From Lepidodermella squamata (taxonomy: Eukaryota; Animalia; Gastrotricha), in NCBI GenBank assembly GCA_047495785.1, contig JBLDXI010000015.1, positions 5,152,915 to 5,216,914 on the forward strand: a stretch of DNA of 64,000 bases. The letters run 5' to 3'. Made by a program: the position numbers and the translations under genes. Below are positions 25,762 to 38,972 of the stretch, piece after piece (the first letter of the stretch is position 1; every line of letters begins with the position of its first letter). The notes beneath the pieces were generated by a model. It was not told the origin of the DNA. It saw nothing but the letters and a program-made list of their open reading frames with translations, and did not search any database.

Positions 25762-26699
25762 ATGGGTTTCCCTAAGGCTTGTAAGAAAACGACAGCTTTG
25801 AGGTAATTTTGATTTGAACATTGTCTCTTACGCATTATAGTGCCATGTTGATTTTTTCAATTTTTCGCCAGTCTGATTCTCATCTTATTGATATCTGAAA
25901 TCGGATGTACATTACGTGAGTATAGCTAGCTTGTTATAGTCGCTGAACCCTTGCTACTGTATTCCTTCTTTTCTCAGCCGTTCCAGAACCACCAGTCGGC
26001 GTTCCAGACGAATTGGTTGATCTTTTTAATTTTTTGATTCAAACTGGTTCCAACATCGTAATTCTACTCGGACAAGTAAATATATTTAGATTTTCGCAGG
26101 TCCCCTGCAGAATTTATTTATCCCTAGGTTATCAGCAAATATCTGGATACTGCGTTGACAGGAACTATTCAGTCTGCTCTCATCGGCAAGCGAGGTAAAA
26201 TAAAGCTTGTAATAAAGCGTGTTGATTTATTGCATCGTTTTACATCTCAGACACATCTCAGCATGAGGACATGTATGCCATCAAGGTGAGTTTTACATTA
26301 TTCCAAAATGCCACAAGTTTAACCATGCTATTATCTACATTAAAGCATTCCTTCGATCAGCTGATGCTGCACATGGATAATGTCGAAAAAGAGATCACTC
26401 GGGTCGTGATTAAGAGAAGTGTGAAACATTTCTGAATTTCTACATGAGCTATTATTTTTCTATGCTTACAGCCAAGCGCGATACAGGTTCGGCAACGAAT
26501 GGATCAATCCCAAATTACACTTCGGTACTCATGTCGACAATAAACACAGCATTTGCCGGTAAGCCTATCAAGAAGTAATTCACTGATTCAAGCATACCCT
26601 CTCTGACTATTTTTGTTCAAAGCCCTTAAAGCTATCATCTCGCAACTGGCATCAATCACCTCGCAAATACTCGGGATGTACCAAATTATTAGATACTGA
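25762..26699 (+). CDS. Orphan secreted prepropeptide, 168 aa, 8 exons
   Basis: Exons 25762-25802, 25872-25915, 25978-26075, 26128-26194, 26251-26285, 26361-26418, 26472-26558 and 26623-26699. All introns are GT..AG, 52-75 nt and phase-compatible. The product has a signal peptide plus GKR and RTKR sites. AATAAA near 26835. Confidence 0.8.
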
Positions 26700-27208
26700 T
26701 CACTCGTTTCTCGATAATCCACGTGCATGTTTTCATCGGTTTATAAGTTAAATATTGTATGACGCTATAAGATGCCTTTTTGCACTGCAATACTTTCTTC
26801 TTCTGATTGGTCAAAGCTCGATGCGCTCAGTTTTAATAAAAAGTTAATTTCGAGGCTTGTTGTAAAAGCTTTTCCAAAATTAAACTTTATTTCAAGTCTA
26901 AAAATAAAAGATAATTTTTTTAAACGAAAACGAAGCACATGCATTCCGATATTTGAAAGCTGAAAACACGGAATTTGAAAAATAATTATCGGCGAAATCA
27001 AAGAAAGATAGATTTCGAAACATAACAATCTATGCATTTAAAGTTTCAGGAGATGAATATGCGGTAATGCGATAACTGGAAGACGAATATAACACGTTTT
27101 CAGTGCAGAGCTGTTGGATCATGCGGATGTTGGACAGATTTTAGAAAAGTGAGAATCAAAGGTTGTAACCAGGAAAGTTGACGATAAATAAAATTGATAG
27201 CGCCGACT

Positions 27209-29462
27209 CTAGACGATCAATGGGTTTGCTCTACCAGCACTAGCTAGGGGTGAAGCAGTCAGGCTGTTCGAACGATCTGTAAAATCACGGCCTGGACGAT
27301 CTTCGTTTGTGTACCAGGAGTTGGAACGATCCAACGACTTTGTCAACAGCTGAAACAGGCATAGAATTAGCACAATGTAAACATTAATTATATATATAAG
27401 GCGTACTGATCTCCTCTCTTCATTCGCGGTCGTGCGGTAATTTTGCTGCGGAATCTTCGGCACCGGATCACGATCGATCGGCTTTAGCGGGTGTCGGAAG
27501 CGAATTGATAAAAAGCCAGATGCGATGACGACACTTCCTATCACCCAATACGTCATATGAGGGCCTAATGCATCCATAAGAGCAGCGCTAACGAGCGGGC
27601 CCAGCGCAAGGCCTAGGTTGTAAGAGGCGACGTAAAGCCCGAAAATGGCTCCGTAATTCGCAACGTCTTGATAACATACGTCGACAATACGAGCAAGCAG
27701 CGGAGTAATTACACACCTGTCATAATTTCAAATAAACTACCAATATAGTTAAGTATATTCGATTTCCATACGTGAAAAGTCCCAGTCCGACACGGCCGAT
27801 GCAGTCAGGCAATATGACGAGCCACAATGTCGGCATGTAGGTGTAACCTATGCTACATTACATTACACATGTAGGTGCTACATGCTACATTACCTATGAG
27901 TCCTATGCCGTAGAGGAAGAAGCCGACCATTGACAGAATCCATGGACGAATGAAATTGGCGAGGAAGAAGCCGGAAATCGTCTGCGAGCTGAGCTGAGCT
28001 GCTGCTCCGCACACCAGAATGACGCCAATCTGCCACTGATCAGCTCCGTACCTTTAAATTACAATTATTAGCCAATTTTTTCTCATAAATGGAAAATAGC
28101 TGACTTGTCTAAAACAAAGGCAGGCGAAGTTGCCATGAGAGCGCCCAAGGCCCCGTTAATAATTAAGGATGAGAGCAAAGCGACGACGACATCTGGGTTT
28201 GAAAGTAGGCTGCAATAGATGAACTTGGTTTCCCGTAGGCATTCTTTAGCACTACGATTCGCGTGAGGTGGTGGCGGTGTGTTCTCAGCATCGACGTAGA
28301 TGCATCGCATCAGCAGGTCGAGTAACACGAGGAAGGCGAGAATAAGGAATGGGGTCTGACGTCCCGAAAAGTTGTACAATGTCGATCCGAAAGGCATGCC
28401 TAGAAGGAGACCCAGGGTGAGGCCGTCGTAGGCCAAGCTGTTCGCCCGGTTCCGTTCAGACTCGATCGTAAACACTGATGTGAGCAATGCAAGCCCAGCC
28501 ACAACAGAAAGACTCGAGCCAACGGCCTTTTCATTCAGGAGTTATTATTATGAGTTATTTAGCCATTTATAAGGGATGAAAAACTTACTTGAACAACTCG
28601 AGTCACGGCTAGCATCCAGTACCAGGGACTAAAAGCAAAACCGAGCGTGGCGACGAAGGTCGACATGGAGCCAACAATTAGAGGTATGCGATGTCCATAC
28701 CTTGAAAAATGAAAAGGCATAGTTCTCGCTTGCGAAATGCTTGAAATCAACCTGTTGACAATTAAACCAGATAAGATGTTGGAGAAAATCTCCGCTGCTG
28801 GTTTGAGCGAGAATAGGGTTGACATTTCAAGTGCGTAGGCCAAATAAGGATCGGTAATTTCAGCCATCTCGTCGTCCATTTCGGATGCCGATCTATTGAA
28901 ACAGTTCACTGTTTTTCCGGTTATGTTCACGTGAAATGTCGTAAAATTCAGGCGGACAAAAGATGTGTTAGAGCGGCTTAAAGAGTCGGCAAATTGATCA
29001 CATACTGCAGTTGAATTGACCTGAACATGATCTCGCGGCTTATGGTGCGCACTAGCAATCATTGCGATCTTTTTATCGTCCTCTGGCCTTTGGAAGGAAA
29101 AAGCCCCCGCCAAGAAGCGTTCTGTGGCATTAGGCTGCATGACTGAGTACACCAGTGGAGGCAAAATGGGCTCTAAACCAAGCAGGAATAAATGAGAAAT
29201 TTTAAGAAAGGTCAGGCGGAAACTTGCCCACTGATGTTATTAGCATGAGATCGAGCATCATGGCGATGAAAACGATTAGAACTACGAGAACCTTGGTCCT
29301 TCGGAACCTATACCAGCATCCTTTGTCATTCCTATGCCTAATGCTGCTTGGCGAAAGTTTCGTGCCGCAGGTTGATACCTCCTTCTCTTCCACTTCAGTC
29401 GCTGCTGCTTGATCGTTAGCCGACTGGTTCCTGGTAACTGAAACCGCCGGTGGGGGAGCCAT
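27209..29462 (-). CDS. Divergent SLC18 / vesicular amine transporter-like MFS protein
   Basis: LIVFIAMMLDLMLITSVEPIL, LFSLKP...NRYGHRIP, RVVQAVGSSLSVVAGLALL...ERNRA, PFGSTLYNFSGRQTPFLILA and NYGAIFGLYVASYNLGLALGP align with VMAT/VAChT transmembrane segments. Confidence 0.85.
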
Positions 29463-30025
29463 TTAAAAAGTTAGAACGCTGGTCACCTATGAATAAGATT
29501 ATTCGCTTTTATCAGGTTCTAATACTCGGCCAAAGATTAATCGGCCAAAAAAACAAGAAAAGCTATGCACGCGCCAGCCAAATTTGATCAGCAAACTGCG
29601 GCTCACTTTTGATTACGCAATCAAAGCACGCGATCAATCTTTCAGTGACGGCGCGTGGCAATTGCGCGCTCTTTTTTCAAGGTCATAGTTGGTCGAGTTT
29701 CTTCGGCATGCGCCTAGCCTATTATGCCCTCGATTCAAATAACGGCAATTCAGTTTTGCACAAAATGAAACATTTATTCAACTGCTTCTCTTGCTTCGAT
29801 AAAATAGTCGACTTGTTATGCAAAAAAGCGCGATTGCTAAATAGAATTTTTAATCAGTAAAGTACTCGGAATAAAGAACGTTTTACCGCCTCAGCTACAT
29901 TGTTCAATTACGCAAGAAGTATATTTCATAAGACATGAGAATTCAAGAGGTTCAGTTTTTGCTATTATTCCAGTTTTGACACCGAGGATCCTTATTCAGA
30001 ACACTATTCATAATTCAGCTATTTC

Positions 30026-30686
30026 TCATGCACAACCACTACAGTGTTCACAAGGAATATCAAGCACTGGTTCCGTCAGTTTATTGGTCTCGTCGTCGAG
30101 AAACGGATATTTCGGAGGATTCGACCTCACGAAGAAGTCGCTCGACCGAAGCCGCTCGTAGACCGGTTCTTGCAGCTTTTCTCGCGCGAACTTGATATCG
30201 TTAGCGATTGCTTCAATGAGCTCATCTAAAATAAATTCAAATAATAATAGGTACATCAACAACAACAACAAAACAGATGAACGAACCAGTTGATGAGAAG
30301 TTTTTCTGTTCACGAATGTATCCAGCTAGGCATACGCGAAGCTCTGCACCGTAAAAGTCATCAGGAAAGCTCTGTAGAATGTGCACTTCCAAAGTCCGCT
30401 TTGTATTTTTGTAAAACGGATTCCACCCAATGGATGCAACTGCAGGATACACCGTGATATTAGTGCAATCCGCTGGCGATGGATTGTCATTCGAATGTCC
30501 ATTTTGTGCAGCCGCCGTCCCATTTTGAGGTCGAATGGATGCGAAACCAAAGTAAACACCGCACTGTACATTTTGTGGTAAATTTCCCACAACACAGTCC
30601 GGGAGGTTCGCGGTAGGAATGCCTAATTGTTTGGAGCCACGACCAAAGCCATGAACAACTGTGCCCCGAGCAAACAACGGCTGCAT
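30026..30686 (-). CDS. RFK: Riboflavin kinase; exons 30686-30287 and 30225-30026 (199 aa)
   Basis: GFGRGSKQLGIPTAN, SIGWNPFYKNTKRTLEVHIL, DFYG and GYIREQKNFSST|DELIEAIANDI. Confidence 0.95.
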
Positions 30687-30873
30687 TATTTAATAGCTAA
30701 TATAAATTACCTATTCAAAAAGGAGACACGAATAGTTGATTGTTGCTTTCAATTAGGCATCAAATACCACGAATGTTGCAGCCAGTATAATAAATATCAC
30801 ACGATAACAGATAATAAATATCACAGATATATTCAATAATGAGATCATTGAAATCAGGCAACAAATAAAAACT

Positions 30874-32960
30874 CTACAGTTCAGGAATGGCAGCGGCGTT
30901 ATCCGCTGTGGTCGATGAGTTGAGCGTTCGACGAGCGATTTGCCTAACGCTTTGCGAGAAGATTCGCTTCGTTTCGTCAAGCAGATTTTCAAACAATGCC
31001 AATTCTGATTTGCGTTGCTGCGCAGATTTTTCCAGTGCCAATCGGTACGATGCACGTTCTTCCTGTAGCACCTCAACTCTGAACATTGAAAGGCGTTGAA
31101 TTGATAGCTCAAGTTGTAAATTAATAAATCATACCTCGCTCGAAGATCTTCAAGCTCGTTAAGTGAGACTTCGGTACGATGGCGCTGACTCGCATCATTG
31201 CCACCGCGGCCGGTCGCTTTTTCCAGGTCGAGCTTCAATTTGCCGATTTGCTTTTCGTGTAGGGCTTGTTGCCGTCTGCTGGCCGCCAACTCAGCTTCAA
31301 CGGCTAATTTTTCCTCAGTTAACTTGTCCAGCTGCTCATGCAGCAACCTAACTGTTTCAGAAAGTCGGGCGCATTCGAGACTCGAAGCTTGTTGCAACCC
31401 ACGCAGCTCGACCACTTCACACTCAAGGTTCGTCAATGGCCCAGTAGTTTCCAAAGAGCCATTAGCTCGCACTCCATTGGCCGACCGACTACGTTCCAGT
31501 TCTTGCTGAAGTCGGTCGATTGTCGCTTCGAGTTCCGCTATCTTTCTGCTATCTGCTGAATTACGCTGAGCGCCACTTCGACTTTCGCTGCCATTCGCAA
31601 CCTTCAATTTGCTCGTTGCGCGAGCCGAATCCGGCATTGTTAGAGCATTCTGACGAAGAGCTTCTTGCTGCTTCATTAACATTTGAACAAATTCGTCATC
31701 ATGGCGACTTTTGTCAAGAAGCTGTTCGACACGTTCCCGGAGGTTCTTAACATCTTCTTGAAGTGTTTTATTGCGAGCTTTTGAAGCAGCCAATTTCTGT
31801 TTTGCATCCTCAAGATCGCGCAAAGTTGCTTGCTTTTCGGCAAGAGAACGCTCTTGTTCAGCCCGGCGTTCTTTTTCGAGGCGGCGCAGCATTTCGACTT
31901 GACGAGTATTCGCAGCAGACTGCCGAGTCGACGTCTCTCCACCATTGATCAGCGAGTCAAAATCTCCCATGTCAGAATTTCCAACAGGTAGCCGCAAGCT
32001 TGCCGTTTCAGATAGTCCACCCAATTGTGCCTTCAAATCAGTCAACTTTTTCTGCAGCACTTGAATTTGCTGAGCTCGACCTTTCCAGCCTGGCTGACCG
32101 TCAGACCGCAGCAGGGCATGGATGTCGACCCCGTCGCCCACTTCTTGCGATAACACTTTCACTGCAACTCGAGTTTCACGTCGCGCTTCATCCAGCTGGT
32201 TACGAAGGTCTGTAACCCGAGCTTCCGCCTGTTTAGCACGATCGGTAGCCATCTTGAGGTCACTCTCCAATTTTTCCTCGTGAGTTGCAATCACTGCAGC
32301 CGGGAGAGCTTCGGTAGGCTTACTAGAAGCTCCTCTAGTGGTCTGCTCCAACTCTCGAACTTTCGACAGATAAGACTTGGCTTTATTCTTCTCGGACTCG
32401 ACTAAATTGGAAAATGAGGTAAAGTAATGTTCATCGGACAAGAGGAACAAAAATAACCTTCAGCAGTGAGCTCTCTAACACGCTTGCTAAGCTCAACAAT
32501 TTTCACGGCCACAACCTCATTAGTAATACCAGTGACGCCTGAAAACAAGGTGTATTACAAATTGGTTATGGCAGCATGATCGAATCTTTAACATACCAAC
32601 AGTTTCAGCTTCTTCGTTGAATTTTTTCATTCGCTTCAACTCGACGTCTTTCTCGCGCAACAAGTTATACAACCTGGCACATTCATTTTTCAGGTTCTAC
32701 AGCATTAATTGAAATTGTTGTCATTAAGAGATCAGAAAAATTTCACAGCAAAGCCAACTCACGCAAATTTGCTCATTCAAATGATCGACGAGTTCATCAG
32801 ATAAGCCAAAGCCAGGTGCTTTGATATCGTTAGGTTTAGATGCAGTACGCAGTTGGAGATCATCGCCCGACCGTTCCATGCTGCTGGAACGTATAGCAGA
32901 TCCCAACGGCTTCAACGCACCGTTATCTCGTTTTTGAGGTTCAGCACTTGATTTAGACAT
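30874..32960 (-). CDS. CCDC13: Coiled-coil domain-containing protein 13, multi-exon
   Basis: LKNECARLYNLLREKDVEL, VVAVKIVELSKRVRELTAE, GWKGRAQQIQVLQKK and HDDEFV. The last exon ends ETKRIFSQSVRQ...IPEL*. Confidence 0.85.
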
Positions 32961-35505
32961 TGGATCGTGTAATTTGTACTCTACTTATTTTCAGTTACAA
33001 TTTAGACATTGAAGGCGTCATCTTCTAAATAGAATAGTAAAATATAAGTACTCAAGCCATATAAATAAGTAGGATATTTCAGAGAAAATAAATATTATGA
33101 GGAAATAACCCTACATACGCGAGCTGCAAAACAACATTTTCAGATACCCAAAACCTTTTCACGAATGCGATCCGTTCACACTGAACAAAATATCTATCCT
33201 GATGGACCACTCAGGAAATGAGTAGCTAGGGATACTCTTTGGATCATGTGGTAATTCGGTAAATACTAGTTACGTCCAAGACATCTAGGTCATATTATTT
33301 ATAACTACTTATTACCCCTACAACTAATAGAATAATGGAAAATCGTATTGAATGTTTGGAAAAATTTACTCTTCTGAGTAGGTTGGGGGACACATATTTG
33401 GCTAAAATCCCCTACGTACTAATCAATCTTTCTTTTTTCAAAACCATCTTTCTCTTTCTACAGCTTCCAGTAGATTTCGCAGCGCGCAAAAATTGCGAAA
33501 ATAATTTACAAATATTAATTGCGGATAATAATTAATTTGCTCATATAAATAAATACAGATTCGATAATTAAATAGTCAGCTGCCAATTCAGTAACATACT
33601 AGTTTCGGTCTTGCAGCAGTATTAAAGAAGTTTTAAAGAAGGTAGAACATTTTGCTGCGTAGGAGGGAGGAGGATAAAAAAAGCATGCGACATCCATAAG
33701 TCTTGAATCTGACTAGCAAAAACGGACTAGAAGAAGCAAATGTTCTAGCAGATAAATTCAGGATTCGAGGCTCGAGGCTCTCTTAACGCAGGGATGCCAT
33801 TTCATCGCAAATGATCGATCGAAAACACCAATCCTTCACCATCACCCTGAAGCATCACAAAAAAGCTTGCTTAGAAACATTCATTAATTATTGACATTAA
33901 TTATTCTTTTAATATTGCAGATGAACGTCATATCAAAATTTGATTTATTTTACATCTGATGATTACTTATTTAATGAAAATAGATAATTAGCATATGGAG
34001 GGTATCAAAAACGAGAGGCTGAGCTAACGCAGGGGGCCAAAAACAGAGAATCGTGTCAGATTTTTCGTTGCCATACCCCTCCTCACTTGGCTTGTGCAGG
34101 CGCTCACCGCTCACGTCAACGCCAAAGGCCATATGCGATGATCAAAAGCCGTTGACACTAATGGACCCGCAGCGCGCTGAAAGGTCAAAACGTGACCCCT
34201 CGGCCCTCGGCCCTCGTGGACATGAAAGATCACCCTCCTTTCCTCCCACTAAGTGTGACTGTTGATCATTTTGGAGCGAAGGGTGAACGACGTCAATTGT
34301 CAACTACTTTGTACTTTGACTACTAGCAGCTTGACTGATACTTGATACAGGTAACTTTACTGTGGTGTCTTTTTGGCCGACTTGAGAAATAGTTTCAGAG
34401 GTTCAGAAAACTCCTAGAACTACGAACTCACGTTTGAAGGTTGAAGTATTTATATGCTTAAGCTGATCGATCGTCTTATGCGAATGCCTTTGCATGCATC
34501 TTTAATTTGAAGCGTTCACGTCTAAAACGCCTTGAGGACATCACTCATCACTACTCATTTCTTAACTCCTGACTCGACTGCAATCTGGAGAGGACTTTCG
34601 GCAAATCCTTACCATGTACATTTTGAATCTTTGTTCGAGATTTCGTTTTGATTCGAATCCAAATGGTCCAAATTTTGATCCTGTTGTCACTGAGAAGTAT
34701 TTAATTTTTAATCCATCAACGTCTTTGATCTTTGAGGCGCGCTTACTGCGCAACAAATTGTCGATTCTTACTGTGACTGTGACTCTGCTACTTACAGAGC
34801 TTTTTTACTTTCATCAATTACCTACCTACAGTTGAAAGCGGAAGAATTTTCTTACAAAGTTAACCCGTTTTACTCATATTTTTATGCTGAATTTATTTAT
34901 ACTGAAGCTTGTCATGAAGAGAAACCGCACTGATCACTTTATCAGTGTCAAACAGGCGCAATGTGACCTAATTCCGAAAGAGTTTATGGAGTGATTTTCT
35001 ATGCGAGTACGAGGAATTTTCCGGCGTGACGCTAGCCAGTATGATTACTTTGTTGTTCGCAAATTTAGTTTTGCTTACTCACCAGGGCCAAGGCGGAATT
35101 GGTTCTACCCTGCTCGGTAGGTAGCGTTCATTATCTAAGGCACTGGAATCAGTTCAACTTACGCCCAACTACACCCAACGAATTGTATGTTAAATGGAAC
35201 AATTAATCAATTCATTATTTTGATAATTTGATAATTGATAAGTTATAATATCCAATCTGAAAATTTCTGATGTGAGTCTTCCTCCTTTTCCTATTATCTA
35301 TTTCGCTAAATTAGAGATTGTATGAAGAACAGGCAACACATGCTAAAAAGTCTCTTAATCTTGCCGCAAGCTTGAGGGTATCAGAATTTTCAAATTTATA
35401 GGTTGGAATAGCTCTTGTCGAAGCATTCGGCACATCGACGTGATTTTTCAACATTGGCTTCTTATTACATTGTGGAATTCGTTGCTTTAGTTAGCATTTT
35501 ATAAA

Positions 35506-38500
35506 ATGAACGTTGTTCAAAATTTGATGGGAGGCGGAGCAACACAGAGTCTCGCTGACCGTCTTCAAGCCGCCAAATGCAGTATCACAGGTCAAGGCTT
35601 GGCGAAAGCTGTTTCTAAGGCCACGACCGAGGAAATCATTGGTCCAAAAAGGAAACACGTAGACTGTATGCTTTCGACATTGCAAATAGATTAGCAACCA
35701 TTTATTGCCGGTTATTTTTCAAGATTTGGTACAATGCACAAATGAGCCAAATATCTCGATTCCGCAAATGGCGGACCTTCTCATGGACAGGTCTAAACAT
35801 GCTAACTGGGTTGTCGTTTTCAAATCTCTGACGACAATTCATAATGTCATGAACTATGGCAACGAGCGTTTTACTCAATATATTGCATCGAACAACTATT
35901 CCTTCAACCTGTCAGCATTCACAGACAAAACCTCACAACAAGGTAATAGGCTTTATTTATTTCATCGAAGTTATTATCATTGAATTCGATGGCAAGGGTA
36001 CGACATGTCGAATTTTATTCGGCGATATGCAAAGTATATCAACGCCAAAGCAACTTCCTACCGCGAAATGGCCTTCGATTTTTGCAAAATTAAACGAGGG
36101 TTTGTGACTTGAAGAATAATTATTTGTGCTTGAACATGATTATGCTTTTGTTTATTTTAGGAAAGACGACGGTGTTCTGCGGACGATGCCGACTGATAAA
36201 CTGTTGAAAGCCATGCCGGTTTTGCAACAGCAAGTCGACGTTCTTTTGGAATTCGAAGCCAGCCCCAGCGATCTGACGAACAGTGTAATTAATGCGGCTT
36301 TTATGTTGCTTTTCCGCGATTTGATACGCCTGTTTGCGTGTTACAATGACGGCATAATCAACACTCTGGAAAAGTACTTTGACATGAACAAAAAGCAATG
36401 CCGAGAGGCTCTCGATATTTATAAGAAATTCCTTGCTCGAATGGACAAAGTGGCAGATTTCTTCAAAGTAGCAGAAAAAGTCGGTATCGACAAGGGCGAA
36501 ATTCCTGATCTCACCAAAGCGCCTGCTAGTCTCCTTGAAGCCTTGGAGCAGCATCTTCAGTCCTTAGAAAGTAGGAAAGGTGGTCGTAAGGGGGGTCCTG
36601 GGGCCCTTCCCGAAGCCACATCTGCCGCTCCGACGTCGACAAGTAACTATTTTAAATTCTTGCTTAGCCTCCATTACCATAGTTTTTTCAACAGCCACTA
36701 GCAGCGCTCCTCTAACTGACGAAGCACGGCGTTTGGCGGCTCTCGAAGAAGAACAACAGCACTTGAGCCGGTTGGAGAAACAAAAAGGGGGTTCTGGTAA
36801 TCACACTCCCTCAGCTGCTGGCCCAGCAGCAAGTGCCGCTGCTCCTGGTAATACCGGTGATTTGCTAGGTATGTTTTAGAATATGTTTTTATGAATGCAT
36901 AAAAATGGGCTTTCTTTTGCTTTGTAAACTGACTCGGCTTCTTGAATCACCATAAACGGTGGCTAACTTGAATATATTTATTGTGTAGCTCGCCCGCGTA
37001 ATACAGGATTCACAGGTTCGTTCATTTGGGTGATTTCTAATGATCGAGGGTTTTTTTACTACTATTACTGCTGATACTGTAACTACAATTCTTTCATTTC
37101 AATGCAATCGCATTCGATCAATGCACGGCCTGTTAACTTGATACTACTCATACTGCTACTATTCGCAAAGCCGAGATGCGTGTTCTGTTTATTTGCGTGA
37201 TGATTAGACCAAGGCGTGTGACTCGTTCCTAGCAAACCCAATAATCGATAATAGCAAGTGCTGCTTAACATAAAAAATGCCGCGTTGAACAGCGCAGGCT
37301 GGCAAAACATAATTAATATACATGGCGCATTCACATCATTATTTCAAGTTGATTTTGGACTCAACCTGCGTTGCGATCAAAGTTGCGCATTTGGCTGTGT
37401 GGGTGTGTAAGCTCTGGGTGGTTTTGCACGCTTTTTCTGACCGCAGCTACGTTAAAAAAGCTACGAATTTTCTTGGTGAAATGACGGGAAATAACGGAAC
37501 TTTGCACGCTTAACTTCAGTAACAATGACGATGAACATCGCAGTTCAAAGATGATGACCATGAAATTAATTGAGGGTGATTTTTGCTTGTCAAGGTCTGG
37601 GATTCGATGCTGCTCCTCCGAAAGCGGCAGAACCTGCCCCGGCACCGGAGTCTGAGTTGTTACAGATGAATAAAAACTCGGCATTCGACTCTATTCTGGC
37701 CGCCTACAACCAACCACCGGTGCGTCCAGCCCAACCCGCTGTCATGGGAGCTCAGTTCCAGGCGTTCATGCCCGTAGCAGCTGCACCTCCGCCAGCGTCA
37801 GCGACAAACCCGTTCATGGTCGGCAACATCACCCCTCAGTCTCAGGTGGCTCCGTCATGGCCCCCCGCCTTCCCCATCGCGGCTGCACCCCGTGAGTTGG
37901 CTTTTCCTTTACGTTTTAGTTTGCTAATCAAGTCTTGCCGTGACAAATGTTGATTGACTGATATAATGTGTCTGTGTGGTTGTGTGTTAGCTTCTGAAGG
38001 AGCGCCCACTGACAATGCTGGCACAGAGGCGCCGCCAACTGAAGCCGGAGGTGGTTTGAATCTTACAGCCTTAACTTTCAGTTTTTACTCTATTTGTGTC
38101 TTATTACTAGTCTGTCATAAACTGTGTTCGTCTGTAAAATTTATTTATTTATGTACGATAAATTTCATCTCCCATTGCACGCTGTCCGTTGATTAAAAGT
38201 CGCGCCTTTCGAAATCAACGCGTGAAGCAGTGTATAGGAAGTCACGTTACATCTGCTAAGTTTTGTTCCATCTCAGCTGAACATTTCATATGTGGGATAC
38301 ACTAAATTTCAACGCGCTTTGAAAATTCTTAGTGCATGGCGGGGAAACTCGGCTTCGAATGGCTTCAATGAATGCGTAACATTTACATCATAGACAAGTA
38401 TTGTGTTCCCTGATGATAAACCCAATGTTTGTCTCATTATTATTCGAACGATTCACAATCGGAACAACTTGTTGATTCATTTTCGATTTTTTTCAGATCC

Positions 38501-38972
38501 AATGGGAGCGCCCGCCGGTATGGGGTTGCGCCCGCCAACCTCGAATCCGTTCCTGTCTCCGTCGATGGATAGCCTCATCACCGCCAGCAGTGCTGGCCAC
38601 TGTAAGTTTGATTCGCTTAGCTCGCTTTGCGTGCTTTGATTAACAACGCTACTAACCAAATGCCCGCTTACAGCTTCCACCGGCCCTGACGCATCTCTTT
38701 TCACTGCAGTCGGCCCTGACCCGTTCGGCTCAATGCTACAACCGACTCCTGCCGCGGGCACCCCGACGACCGCGCAAGCCGCGCCTCTTCCGTCTAGCGG
38801 CAGCCTGAACTACTTCAACGGCAGCAGCGGAAACCTCGATCAGACCCTGGCGACCCTAGCCAGCAGTCTGACGCTAGCGCCCACCTCGGCCGTCACCGCG
38901 AAACCAGCCTGGGGCGCACCGAGCGCCTCAACCGGCATGGCTGCCTCGAAAGACCCCTTCGGCGATCTCTGA
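35506..38972 (+). CDS. PICALM: AP180/PICALM clathrin assembly protein (ANTH domain)
   Basis: [35 protein letters not shown] and [32 protein letters not shown]. Low-complexity tail with DLL, NPF and DPF motifs ending SKDPFGDL*. Tail exon usage is uncertain. Confidence 0.93.

Noticed and set aside
25845-25871. ATG at 25845 needing a homopolymer frameshift to start the peptide gene
   Set aside because: An upstream exon (ATG 25762, donor 25803) gives an in-frame signal peptide with no frameshift.
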